This document shows positions 14,259 to 21,385 of a stretch of DNA of 40,524 bases, piece after piece. The first letter of the stretch is position 1. Every line of letters begins with the position of its first letter. The translations under genes were made by a program, and so were the position numbers. The DNA is taken from the IMG/VR virus record IMGVR_UViG_3300013104_000016, positions 1 to 40,524 of that record, one strand, 5' to 3'. This DNA is from a virus. Below the pieces are notes generated by a model. It was not told the origin of the DNA and did no database searches. It was given only the letters and a program-made list of their open reading frames with translations.

Positions 14259-14430
14259 CGGCTGCGCGATGACCCCTGAAGAGCAGGACCGATTCAGGGC
14301 GAACTTCATGCAGGGCCTGTCAGCTGGCCAGCCTGCTTACCAGGCGCCCGTCTACCAGCAGCCCCAGCGGATGCGCACCACCGACTGCATCCGCACCTTC
14401 AACGGCGGGATGAGCTGCACCTCCTACTAG
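14209..14430 (+). CDS. Lipoprotein (73 aa) in the immunity operon (moron, possible superinfection exclusion)
   Basis: AAGGAGAG RBS. Signal peptide with lipobox LLSGC. Followed by a strong terminator. Confidence 0.75.
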   Translation: MKLSATLSLAAIAGLLSGCAMTPEEQDRFRANFMQGLSAGQPAYQAPVYQQPQRMRTTDCIRTFNGGMSCTSY

Positions 14431-14449
14431 CTGTCACGCACCCCTTCAC

Positions 14450-14474
14450 GGCCCGCCTTCGAGCGGGCTTTTTT
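14450..14474 (+). terminator. Intrinsic terminator of the cI-lipoprotein operon
   Basis: GCCCGCC-UUCG-G(A)GCGGGC hairpin followed by a T6 run. Confidence 0.75.
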
Positions 14475-14513
14475 GCGTCTGCTTGATTTAAGGGAAAGCC
14501 CTCACAAAAATAC

Positions 14514-14567
14514 TTCCGTTAAATTAACGGAACCCCGTTGACACAAATACCGGTTGTCCGTTAGGAT
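14514..14567 (+). promoter_or_regulatory. OL-like operator cluster plus early promoter for the plus-strand operon
   Basis: 19-bp perfect palindrome TTCCGTTAAATTAACGGAA (14514-14532). TTGACA (14538-14543)-N18-TAGGAT (14562-14567), with AATACCGGttgtCCGTTAG occupying the spacer. Confidence 0.6.
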
Positions 14568-14569
14568 CA

Positions 14570-14598
14570 CTTCACTCGCCAACAATACCGGAGTGAAG
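14570..14598 (+). promoter_or_regulatory. 5'-UTR hairpin abutting the first RBS of the early operon
   Basis: CTTCACT (14570-14576) pairs with AGTGAAG (14592-14598). The loop carries a third AATACCGG copy. The 3' arm abuts GGAG and the GTG start at 14601. Confidence 0.4.
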
Positions 14599-14600
14599 AA

Positions 14601-14786
14601 GTGACAACCCAACCCAAGCGCACAGCGCCCCGCGCTCTGACCACCAGGCAGAAGGTAGCTCTCCCCATCGCAGCAGCGATCTGGGCCGGTCTGGCGCACG
14701 AAATTCTCGACACCAAAGACGGCGAACTGTCGCAGCTCATCAAGAAGCATGCGTTCGAGTTCGCTGATGTCTTCCTTGCCGAATAA
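14601..14786 (+). CDS. Hypothetical protein (61 aa), first ORF of the early operon
   Basis: GTG start with GGAG 7 nt upstream. Confidence 0.55.
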   Translation: MTTQPKRTAPRALTTRQKVALPIAAAIWAGLAHEILDTKDGELSQLIKKHAFEFADVFLAE

Positions 14787-14820
14787 CCGCCTCCCCCGAG
14801 CCCTCAACAGGAGAGATGAG

Positions 14821-15456
14821 ATGGCAGACAAGATCAAGATCACTTCGCGCTGGAACAGCGACACCGTGCTGTTCGAGTGTGATGCGCCTGAGGGCCTCGA
14901 ATCGGGCCTCTACATGCGTCATGCGCTGGAGAAGGCAACGGAGGCTCATGCCAACCTGAGCGGTGCCTACCTGCGCGATGCCTACCTGAGCGGTGCCAAC
15001 CTGCGCGATGCCTACCTGAGCGGTGCCAACCTGAGCGGTGCCAACCTGAGCGGTGCCAACCTGAGCGGTGCCTACCTGCGCGGTGCCTACCTGCGCGATG
15101 CCAACCTGAGCGGTGCCTACCTGCGCGATGCCAACCTGAGCGGTGCCAACCTGCGCGATGCCAACCTGAGCGGTGCCAACCTGAGCGGTGGGCTCAAGCT
15201 TGTCGGCATCCGTCCTTACTTCAGCATCGGCCCGATTGGCTCGCGTTATGACAACCTGGTTGCATACATCACCGACCAAGGCCTACGCCTACAGGCTGGC
15301 TGCTTCTTCGGCACTCGGGAGGCGTTCGTTGCTGCACTCGATGCTGAGCATGGTCAGAACGAGCATGGAAAGGAATACCGCGCAGCGCTGCTGATGGTCG
15401 ATGCGCATGTGTCGATCTGGACGCCTGCAGAAGAAGCTGTCGAGGTCTCCGCATGA
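14821..15456 (+). CDS. Pentapeptide-repeat protein (211 aa) with a conserved C-terminal domain
   Basis: CAGGAGAG RBS. 16 consecutive A(N/Y)L(S/R)(G/D) pentapeptides. C-terminal [13 protein letters not shown]...AGCFFGT...EHG segment. Confidence 0.85.
   Translation: MADKIKITSRWNSDTVLFECDAPEGLESGLYMRHALEKATEAHANLSGAYLRDAYLSGANLRDAYLSGANLSGANLSGANLSGAYLRGAYLRDANLSGAYLRDANLSGANLRDANLSGANLSGGLKLVGIRPYFSIGPIGSRYDNLVAYITDQGLRLQAGCFFGTREAFVAALDAEHGQNEHGKEYRAALLMVDAHVSIWTPAEEAVEVSA
14950..15189 (+). repeat. Tandem array of 16 near-identical 15-nt units (coding, pentapeptide repeats)
   Basis: Units GCC(A/T)ACCTG(A/C)GCG(G/A)T alternate with variation at only a few sites. This produces a spurious repeat ORF on the opposite strand. 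Confidence 0.9.
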
Positions 15457-15596
15457 CCTACCTCTTCTCCCCCCAATCCGAAGTACCGGCCCTGGTGGTG
15501 AACGAGCTTTCAGGCGCTGCTGTGCTGCATTGCTTTCAGGCTCTGCTGGTTGCGTATCAGGCTGGTGATTTGCCTGCGCTGGGGGTCGCATCGTGA
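15453..15596 (+). CDS. Hypothetical mini-protein (47 aa)
   Basis: ATGA overlap with the PRP gene stop and GTGA overlap with the next start. Confidence 0.5.
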   Translation: MTYLFSPQSEVPALVVNELSGAAVLHCFQALLVAYQAGDLPALGVAS

Positions 15597-16060
15597 CCGA
15601 CCACACCATCTGCGACGCATGCGAATGCGTGAGCCACTGCCGCAAGAACGGATGCATCCCGGTCACGCCGATGCCGGAGAAGCAATTCCAAGCCATGGAC
15701 TTGCACGGGCTGATCATGAACATCCCAGCAGCTCCTGGAGGTTTGGATGGCGACTACGCCCTTGCCTACAAGCTTGGCCACCGTGACGCCCGACACGCCG
15801 CTGCAGAACTTTCGCTGAGCGCCACCCGAAAGCCCGCTCTGCCTCTGTCCACCAGCGTGACTTCCTTGCAGCTCGAACTGAGCGCGGCTTTGGAGATGGC
15901 TGTGCGGGATCGGATGCTGGTCAAGGAAAAGGATGCGCTGATCCTAACGCTGGCGTCGGCGCTCGGCGGGTTGATGGATCTCGAATGCCGAGATCGCATC
16001 ATGCCCACGGGCAGGGAATGGGACGCTGCCCGCGCCGCTCTCTCTAAGGTGCCGCAATGA
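15593..16060 (+). CDS. Hypothetical Cys-rich protein (155 aa)
   Basis: GTG start in a GTGA overlap. N-terminal CDACECVSHCRKNGC. Confidence 0.6.
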   Translation: MTDHTICDACECVSHCRKNGCIPVTPMPEKQFQAMDLHGLIMNIPAAPGGLDGDYALAYKLGHRDARHAAAELSLSATRKPALPLSTSVTSLQLELSAALEMAVRDRMLVKEKDALILTLASALGGLMDLECRDRIMPTGREWDAARAALSKVPQ

Positions 16061-16221
16061 CCAATCACCTCAAGAACTGGGCGCTGTGGACCGCAGTAGG
16101 CATTGCCGTGCTGTTCCTCCAGGCCTACCTCGAAAGCCAGCATCCTGAGACCGACGCCCTCCAGCGCTCGGCAGACATCAGCAATCAACTTGCCGCTGAA
16201 GCAGTGGCGATGAAGGAGTAG
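16057..16221 (+). CDS. Small membrane protein (54 aa)
   Basis: ATGA overlap. Transmembrane helix WALWTAVGIAVLFL. Confidence 0.5.
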   Translation: MTNHLKNWALWTAVGIAVLFLQAYLESQHPETDALQRSADISNQLAAEAVAMKE

Positions 16222-16223
16222 AT

Positions 16224-16430
16224 ATGGACCCGAAGTCTCTTCCGAGATCGGCTGACTATGGCCTGGATGCATTGCGCCAAGCACGAGATAACCGCGTTGG
16301 TTACATCGAGAAGTATGAGTTCATCCGCAACTGCACCGATGAGCACCAGATCGACGCAATCCGCGACTGCCTGGGCGACGCCGATGCACTCGATGAGCTT
16401 ATCGATGCGCTGATCGCGGAGGCCGCATGA
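16224..16430 (+). CDS. Hypothetical acidic protein (68 aa)
   Basis: AAGGAG before the ATG. ATGA overlap with the next gene. Confidence 0.6.
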   Translation: MDPKSLPRSADYGLDALRQARDNRVGYIEKYEFIRNCTDEHQIDAIRDCLGDADALDELIDALIAEAA

Positions 16431-16615
16431 CCACCATCAAGCGCTCCTACTCTGGCCAGTGGGCTGACATCCACGCCAACACGCGCCTTGCGACCGAAGA
16501 AGCAGACGAGCGGCATGACATCGAGCGCATGAACGGATGGACTCGCGTCCTCGTGTTCCTCACCATCGCCCCGCTGCTCGTTGCGCTGGGCATTCATCTG
16601 TACTTCCGAGGCTGA
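16427..16615 (+). CDS. Small C-terminally anchored membrane protein (62 aa)
   Basis: C-terminal transmembrane helix VLVFLTIAPLLVALGIHLYF. Confidence 0.6.
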   Translation: MTTIKRSYSGQWADIHANTRLATEEADERHDIERMNGWTRVLVFLTIAPLLVALGIHLYFRG

Positions 16616-16616
16616 G

Positions 16617-16907
16617 ATGTTTGTTTCCAAGTCTCGCTACAACGAACGCACACAAGAGGCGGCTATGTCCGCCCTCAGTGCGATCAGTTGGAGGTCAAAG
16701 TACAACGAGCTGCTCGACAAGTGGAACACGCTTGTACGAGAAATCAACGCGGGGGAGTGGGTGCGTCCGTTCAACATCGGCAAGGCCACTTTTACAGCCC
16801 AAGAGATTGAGACGCTGATCAATCTTTGTCATCCAGACAAGCACAGCGGCAGTGAACGGGCGAACAACATGACGGCGCGCTTGTTGAAGCTGAGGAAATC
16901 GAAATGA
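16617..16907 (+). CDS. J-domain-like protein (HPD motif)
   Basis: LINLCHPDKHSGSERANNMTARLLKLRK resembles the helix II/III and HPD loop of DnaJ J-domains. Confidence 0.5.
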   Translation: MFVSKSRYNERTQEAAMSALSAISWRSKYNELLDKWNTLVREINAGEWVRPFNIGKATFTAQEIETLINLCHPDKHSGSERANNMTARLLKLRKSK

Positions 16908-17182
16908 ACGCCCGCACGTACTTGGACTACCGCGCCGACAGCCTGGAAGCGGCCCGCGAGCAAATGCGCAAGTGGTTTCGCGCAGGCGGCATGTCTTCGC
17001 AGGAGCTGTACGACTTGCTCAACTTCACGCTCTCGCAATGCGACGAGCACGACGGCGAGCAAAAAGAGATCCGCGACAAGCTCAGCACGATCTGCGCTGA
17101 CATGGAGACGGACGAGCCCGATTCCGACGCCTACCGATTCATCGAGCCGGCAAAGCTCGATTCACGAGTGGAGAGACCATGA
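16904..17182 (+). CDS. Hypothetical acidic protein (92 aa)
   Basis: ATGA overlaps at both ends. Confidence 0.6.
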   Translation: MNARTYLDYRADSLEAAREQMRKWFRAGGMSSQELYDLLNFTLSQCDEHDGEQKEIRDKLSTICADMETDEPDSDAYRFIEPAKLDSRVERP

Positions 17183-17715
17183 CCGAAAAGACCCATTACC
17201 GCAAGGCATTCGACTCGCCGTACCTGAGCAGCGCTGACATCGTGGAGCCCACGGTTTTGACGGTGCACCACGTCTCGCTTGAGTCGGATAAGACTAAGAA
17301 GACGAAGGACATGTTCAATACCGCGCACTTCGTGGAAAAGGAGATTCGGCAGGGCGAGAAGCTCAAGCCGATGATCTTGAACGCCACGAACAGCAAGACC
17401 ATGAAAGGGCTGACAGGCTCGGCATTCATTGACGACTGGCGGGATGTACGCATCACGGTCTACGTGGACCACAACGTCCGTTTCGGCAAAGAGTCTGTCG
17501 AAGGCCTGCGCATCAGCCCGCATGCTCCTGAAAAGCGTGTTCTGACGCCTGCTATGACGAAGGCGTGGGGTAATGCCAAGGCCGCATTCAAGCGCGACGG
17601 CAATCTGCGGCAGGTGTTGGTGCATGTAGACATCAGCCCAGAGCATCAGGAACAACTGATTGCCGAATGCGAAGAGCAGAAACCAGCCACCGAGGGCGAA
17701 CATGTACTTTCATGA
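17179..17715 (+). CDS. Conserved hypothetical protein (178 aa) upstream of the exonuclease, possibly a DNA-binding or annealing partner
   Basis: Position immediately 5' of the YqaJ exonuclease with a 14-nt overlap. No motif recognised. Confidence 0.6.
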   Translation: MTEKTHYRKAFDSPYLSSADIVEPTVLTVHHVSLESDKTKKTKDMFNTAHFVEKEIRQGEKLKPMILNATNSKTMKGLTGSAFIDDWRDVRITVYVDHNVRFGKESVEGLRISPHAPEKRVLTPAMTKAWGNAKAAFKRDGNLRQVLVHVDISPEHQEQLIAECEEQKPATEGEHVLS

Positions 17716-18319
17716 TGTCGCCCAAAACACAGACGAGTGGATGGCGCTCCGCCTCGGCAAGGCCACGTGTTCAAACTTCGGCTGCTTCATGGCAAACGAT
17801 GGCGCAGCATTTGGCGAGCCGGCCAAGAGGTATGCGCTGCAGATCGCTCTGGAAATCGACACGGGCCGCAAGGCTGAGTACAGCTTCAGCAACGAGCACA
17901 CCGAGCGCGGGCACGAGCAGGAGCCTGTTGCCAAGATGCTCTACGAAGGCGAGAACTTCGTTTCTGTCAGCAACGGCGGATTCTTTGATTGCGGTGACTA
18001 CGGCGACTCGCCCGATGGTCTCGTGGGCGAGGACGGCGTTATCGAGATCAAAAGCGTGATCGCGCCGACCCACTATGCCACGCTGATGAGGAAGAGCTTT
18101 GACCCGGCCTATCGCTGGCAGCTCGTCGGTCACCTGGATTGCACTGGACGCAAATGGGTGGACTTCATCAGCTATTGCGCCGATTTTCGCGAAGACCAGC
18201 AGTTGATTGTCAGCCGGCTCTACCGCGACGACTGCCAGATCGAACTGAAACGCCTTCAGGAGCGTCGCACCGAGTTCCTCGACCTGGTGCGCAAGACCCT
18301 CAAGAACATTCAAGGATAA
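17702..18319 (+). CDS. YqaJ-like (lambda Exo family) recombination exonuclease
   Basis: NTDEWMALRLGKATCS...GHEQEP...DSPDGLV...GVIEIKS...YRWQLVGHL matches the PD-(D/E)XK YqaJ pattern. Confidence 0.75.
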   Translation: MYFHDVAQNTDEWMALRLGKATCSNFGCFMANDGAAFGEPAKRYALQIALEIDTGRKAEYSFSNEHTERGHEQEPVAKMLYEGENFVSVSNGGFFDCGDYGDSPDGLVGEDGVIEIKSVIAPTHYATLMRKSFDPAYRWQLVGHLDCTGRKWVDFISYCADFREDQQLIVSRLYRDDCQIELKRLQERRTEFLDLVRKTLKNIQG

Positions 18320-18324
18320 ACGCC

Positions 18325-19350
18325 ATGCCCCAATCCCCATCCTCATCCAGCAGCAGCGAGGCGGAGCGCGATGCGTTGTTGCCTTGCCCGTTTTGCGGTG
18401 CACCGGCCTCAGGCTATGCAATTGCGCCGCACACCCACGCGCTAAGGTTCGGCGACTTCAAGATGCCGGACCACGTTGGCAGCTATGTCGTCGAGGGCAA
18501 TTGCTCATGCGGCTCTGGCCTGATCGGAGCGACGCAAGGGGAGGTCACCGCGCGCTGGAACACCCGCGCCACTCCCCCCAGCCTCCCCATCGACTTCAAG
18601 CAAGCGAGCGAGCAAGGCGCTCTGGGAGGCGATGCAGGGGTGAGCGAGGCACCTGGCGCACAACAGGCGCAAATCAGCGATGAACAACTGGATGCTCTCG
18701 ACACTTTCTCGTTGAGCACCATGGCGCCCCGAGGGAAAGAATCGGTCCGCGCATATGGACGTGCAGTTCTCGCGCTCGTTGAACCTTTCAACGCCGAGGA
18801 AGCACGCAAGCGCGGCATCGACTACTTCGCTGACCGCTATCTAGCATTGAAGGCAGCTCTCGCTACCCCAGCGCCAGAATTGGAGGAAGTGTCGCTTCAG
18901 CCTTGGGATTGGCTGCGCGGCGTGATCAATGAATTGCCAAGCACGCCTTCTGGGTGCTATGAACTGATCCGCCGCCATGACGTGCTGGCATGGATCGATG
19001 AGGGTGAATGGCGGGCCCTCTCCCTCACCTCCGTCAGTAAGGACGACGATTGGCTTCCGATTGAACAGGCGCCGAAGGATGGCACCGAACTCTTGCTGAC
19101 GAACGGTGAGACGGTCCAGCAAGGCTGGTGGATGGAGCGCGAAGGCGGCGTCAAGGAACACCGCGACACCGATGGCCGCTACCTCGGCCAAGACGAGGAT
19201 GAGGGCTACATCGGATGGTGGGATGTGAGCGGTGGGATGCAGCCAGAACCCACGCGCTACATGCCACTGCCTGCCGCCCGCTCCCCCCACCCAGAAGAAG
19301 GAGCGCTGCTCCTGGGGGGCGATGAGGGTGGGAAGAAGGGAGGTGCGTGA
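18325..19350 (+). CDS. Fusion protein: Lar-like restriction-alleviation Zn-ribbon, linker, and DUF551-like C-terminal domain
   Basis: N-terminus LLPCPFCGAPA...CSCG...ARWNTRA (Lar family pattern). C-terminus WLPIEQAPKDGTELLL...GWW...PTRYMPLP (DUF551 pattern). Confidence 0.65.
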   Translation: MPQSPSSSSSSEAERDALLPCPFCGAPASGYAIAPHTHALRFGDFKMPDHVGSYVVEGNCSCGSGLIGATQGEVTARWNTRATPPSLPIDFKQASEQGALGGDAGVSEAPGAQQAQISDEQLDALDTFSLSTMAPRGKESVRAYGRAVLALVEPFNAEEARKRGIDYFADRYLALKAALATPAPELEEVSLQPWDWLRGVINELPSTPSGCYELIRRHDVLAWIDEGEWRALSLTSVSKDDDWLPIEQAPKDGTELLLTNGETVQQGWWMEREGGVKEHRDTDGRYLGQDEDEGYIGWWDVSGGMQPEPTRYMPLPAARSPHPEEGALLLGGDEGGKKGGA

Positions 19351-19868
19351 TGGGCCGCGAAGTAAGGCGAGTGCCGGCCGACTGGCAGCACCCTAAGAGG
19401 TTTCAGTTTGACCATCGTGGGCAATGGGTCGAACGCTACGAACCGTTGCTTGGGGGCGATTGGGCACAGGCAGCAAAGGAATGGGACGAAGGCCGCGAGA
19501 AGTGGGAGCGCGGCGAGTTCCCCGAATACACCCTCGAAGAAAGCCGGTCCATGCTGTACGACGAGTACACCGGGCGGCGGCCGTACAGCGGCGACTACAT
19601 GCCGCAATGGCCCGAGGCCGAGCGCACGCATTTGATGATGTACGAGAACACCAGTGAAGGGACTCCCATCAGTCCCGCCTTCAAAACGCCGGAAGAGCTG
19701 GCGCGGTGGCTCGTGGACAACAACGCCAGCGCCTTTGGCAACAGCACCGGCACATACGAGGGGTGGCTAAGCGTAGCGCGCGGCGGCTGGGCGCCATCCA
19801 TGGTCGTTGACTCGCAAGGCGTGCATACCGGCGTTGATTTCGCCGCCACCAAGGACACCCAGCCATGA
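19347..19868 (+). CDS. Conserved hypothetical phage protein (173 aa)
   Basis: GTGATG start overlapping the upstream stop. ATGA overlap downstream. Confidence 0.65.
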   Translation: MMGREVRRVPADWQHPKRFQFDHRGQWVERYEPLLGGDWAQAAKEWDEGREKWERGEFPEYTLEESRSMLYDEYTGRRPYSGDYMPQWPEAERTHLMMYENTSEGTPISPAFKTPEELARWLVDNNASAFGNSTGTYEGWLSVARGGWAPSMVVDSQGVHTGVDFAATKDTQP

Positions 19869-21385
19869 CCCACCACCCCAACACCCCCGCCTCCCGCAAT
19901 GAAGAGGTAGCCGCAGTACTGCAATCGATCCTTGCCGATGCCTGCGATTCCGAAAGCGAAACCAACGTTCCCGCCGAGCTGTACCGACGCGGGGTTGAAG
20001 CCCTTGCCGCCTCCCGCACAGAACAAGCAGCGCCTTCCGTTGCCTCTGGGGTTGAGAAGGATGAGGTCGCGGCGCTGCAGGCTGCAATAAATCTCGCCGA
20101 GGTTTCGCACTCGGGAATGTCCTATGGGGACGACAAGGGAGGCGGCCCAAGCGAATACACGCGCGGCTGGGGCGATTGCCTCAAAGCCATCAAGAGCGCT
20201 GCTTCTGTCTCTATGACAACAGACGGCTGGCAACTGGTTCCACCAGTCCCAAGCAAGGAGATGGTGGAGGCGGCCGCAGACGCACCCGAAATGGAAGACG
20301 CCAAGCAAGACATCGAGAACATGTGGCGTGCAATGCTAGCCGCCGCACCCGGTGCCGCTACCGCTGCGCGCGAGCAGGAGGCGGTGAAACGCGAATTCAC
20401 CAACGAACTCGGCAATGCGATCCGCATCACCATCGAAGGACCGAGCTCGGCATCAGAAAACGTACTGACGCCGAAGGAGACCGAGCAACTGCGCGCCGCT
20501 TTGAATGCCCACGCGTCGCGCGAGGAAGCGCCAGCAGCGAGCGCGGTATTGGCGCTGCATCCAGCGACCGCTGATCTTGTGCACCGCTTCGCCAAGGCGC
20601 TGGCCGAGAAGCTGGCCAAGGCGGAAAAGAAGTACGGCTATAGCGATGGCTGGCTCGCACCTCATTGGATGGACGAATGCCGCACGAAGCTGCTGGAGCA
20701 CATCGACAAGGGCGACCCGCGCGACGTGGCGGCCTACTGCGCGTTCTTGTGGCATCACGGCGAAAGCACTGCCCCGACCGCTGCCCGCTCCCCCGCAACT
20801 GTGGCGCAGCCGGTGGAGTGCCCAACTTGTGGCGCCCCGTGCAACACGAGGATCAATCCGCGTGGCGGCGATTATGGTTGGGGGACTACTGACAAAGAAC
20901 GCACCGTGTATCGCTACGCCCAGCCCTGCCCCTCTCAGGGATGCGGGGGAGATGGGGGCGAGGTGCAAAGCTCGCGCTTCACCATGGGCAATAGCATCAA
21001 TCGCTACTGCCGTGCTGGCATGTGCGTTGAGCCCAGCATCTGCTTCGAAGACGAGCGCGGCGACTACGGCGACGAGGATCGCACGCCCGTTTTCGAAGAG
21101 CTCATCAAGAAGTCCGACTTCGAATCCGCCCTCCAATCAGCCCTCAAGGACAGGGATGCGGAGATTGAGAGGCTGAAGAAGGCTGCGGAGCGGCTGGAGT
21201 TCATGTGCAGCAAGGCACCTCTTCGCTTTATCGAAGGCAACGACGACATGTGGCGCGTCTACCAGGACGAAGCACCGCCAGAGGCCTGCGCGCACAAGTG
21301 GCGAGCAATCGTCGCTATGTACTACCCCACAGCCCGTGAAGCCATTGACGCCGCCATCGACTCCATGAAGGGGGATGCATCGTGA
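19865..21385 (+). CDS. Large multi-domain hypothetical protein (506 aa)
   Basis: Contains a segment KKYGYSDGW...LLEHIDKGDPRDVAAYCAFLW, a CPTCGAPC Zn-ribbon-like motif and a C-terminal coiled coil. No enzymatic motif recognised. Confidence 0.65.
   Translation: MTHHPNTPASRNEEVAAVLQSILADACDSESETNVPAELYRRGVEALAASRTEQAAPSVASGVEKDEVAALQAAINLAEVSHSGMSYGDDKGGGPSEYTRGWGDCLKAIKSAASVSMTTDGWQLVPPVPSKEMVEAAADAPEMEDAKQDIENMWRAMLAAAPGAATAAREQEAVKREFTNELGNAIRITIEGPSSASENVLTPKETEQLRAALNAHASREEAPAASAVLALHPATADLVHRFAKALAEKLAKAEKKYGYSDGWLAPHWMDECRTKLLEHIDKGDPRDVAAYCAFLWHHGESTAPTAARSPATVAQPVECPTCGAPCNTRINPRGGDYGWGTTDKERTVYRYAQPCPSQGCGGDGGEVQSSRFTMGNSINRYCRAGMCVEPSICFEDERGDYGDEDRTPVFEELIKKSDFESALQSALKDRDAEIERLKKAAERLEFMCSKAPLRFIEGNDDMWRVYQDEAPPEACAHKWRAIVAMYYPTAREAIDAAIDSMKGDAS

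Noticed and set aside
14740-15279. Minus-strand ORF with [10 protein letters not shown] repeats, and the possibility that the 15-nt tandem array is a CRISPR or a non-coding satellite.
   Set aside because: It is the reverse complement of the pentapeptide-repeat coding array. There are no unique spacers between repeats, the units are contiguous at 15 nt, and they are in frame with a gene that has a strong RBS.
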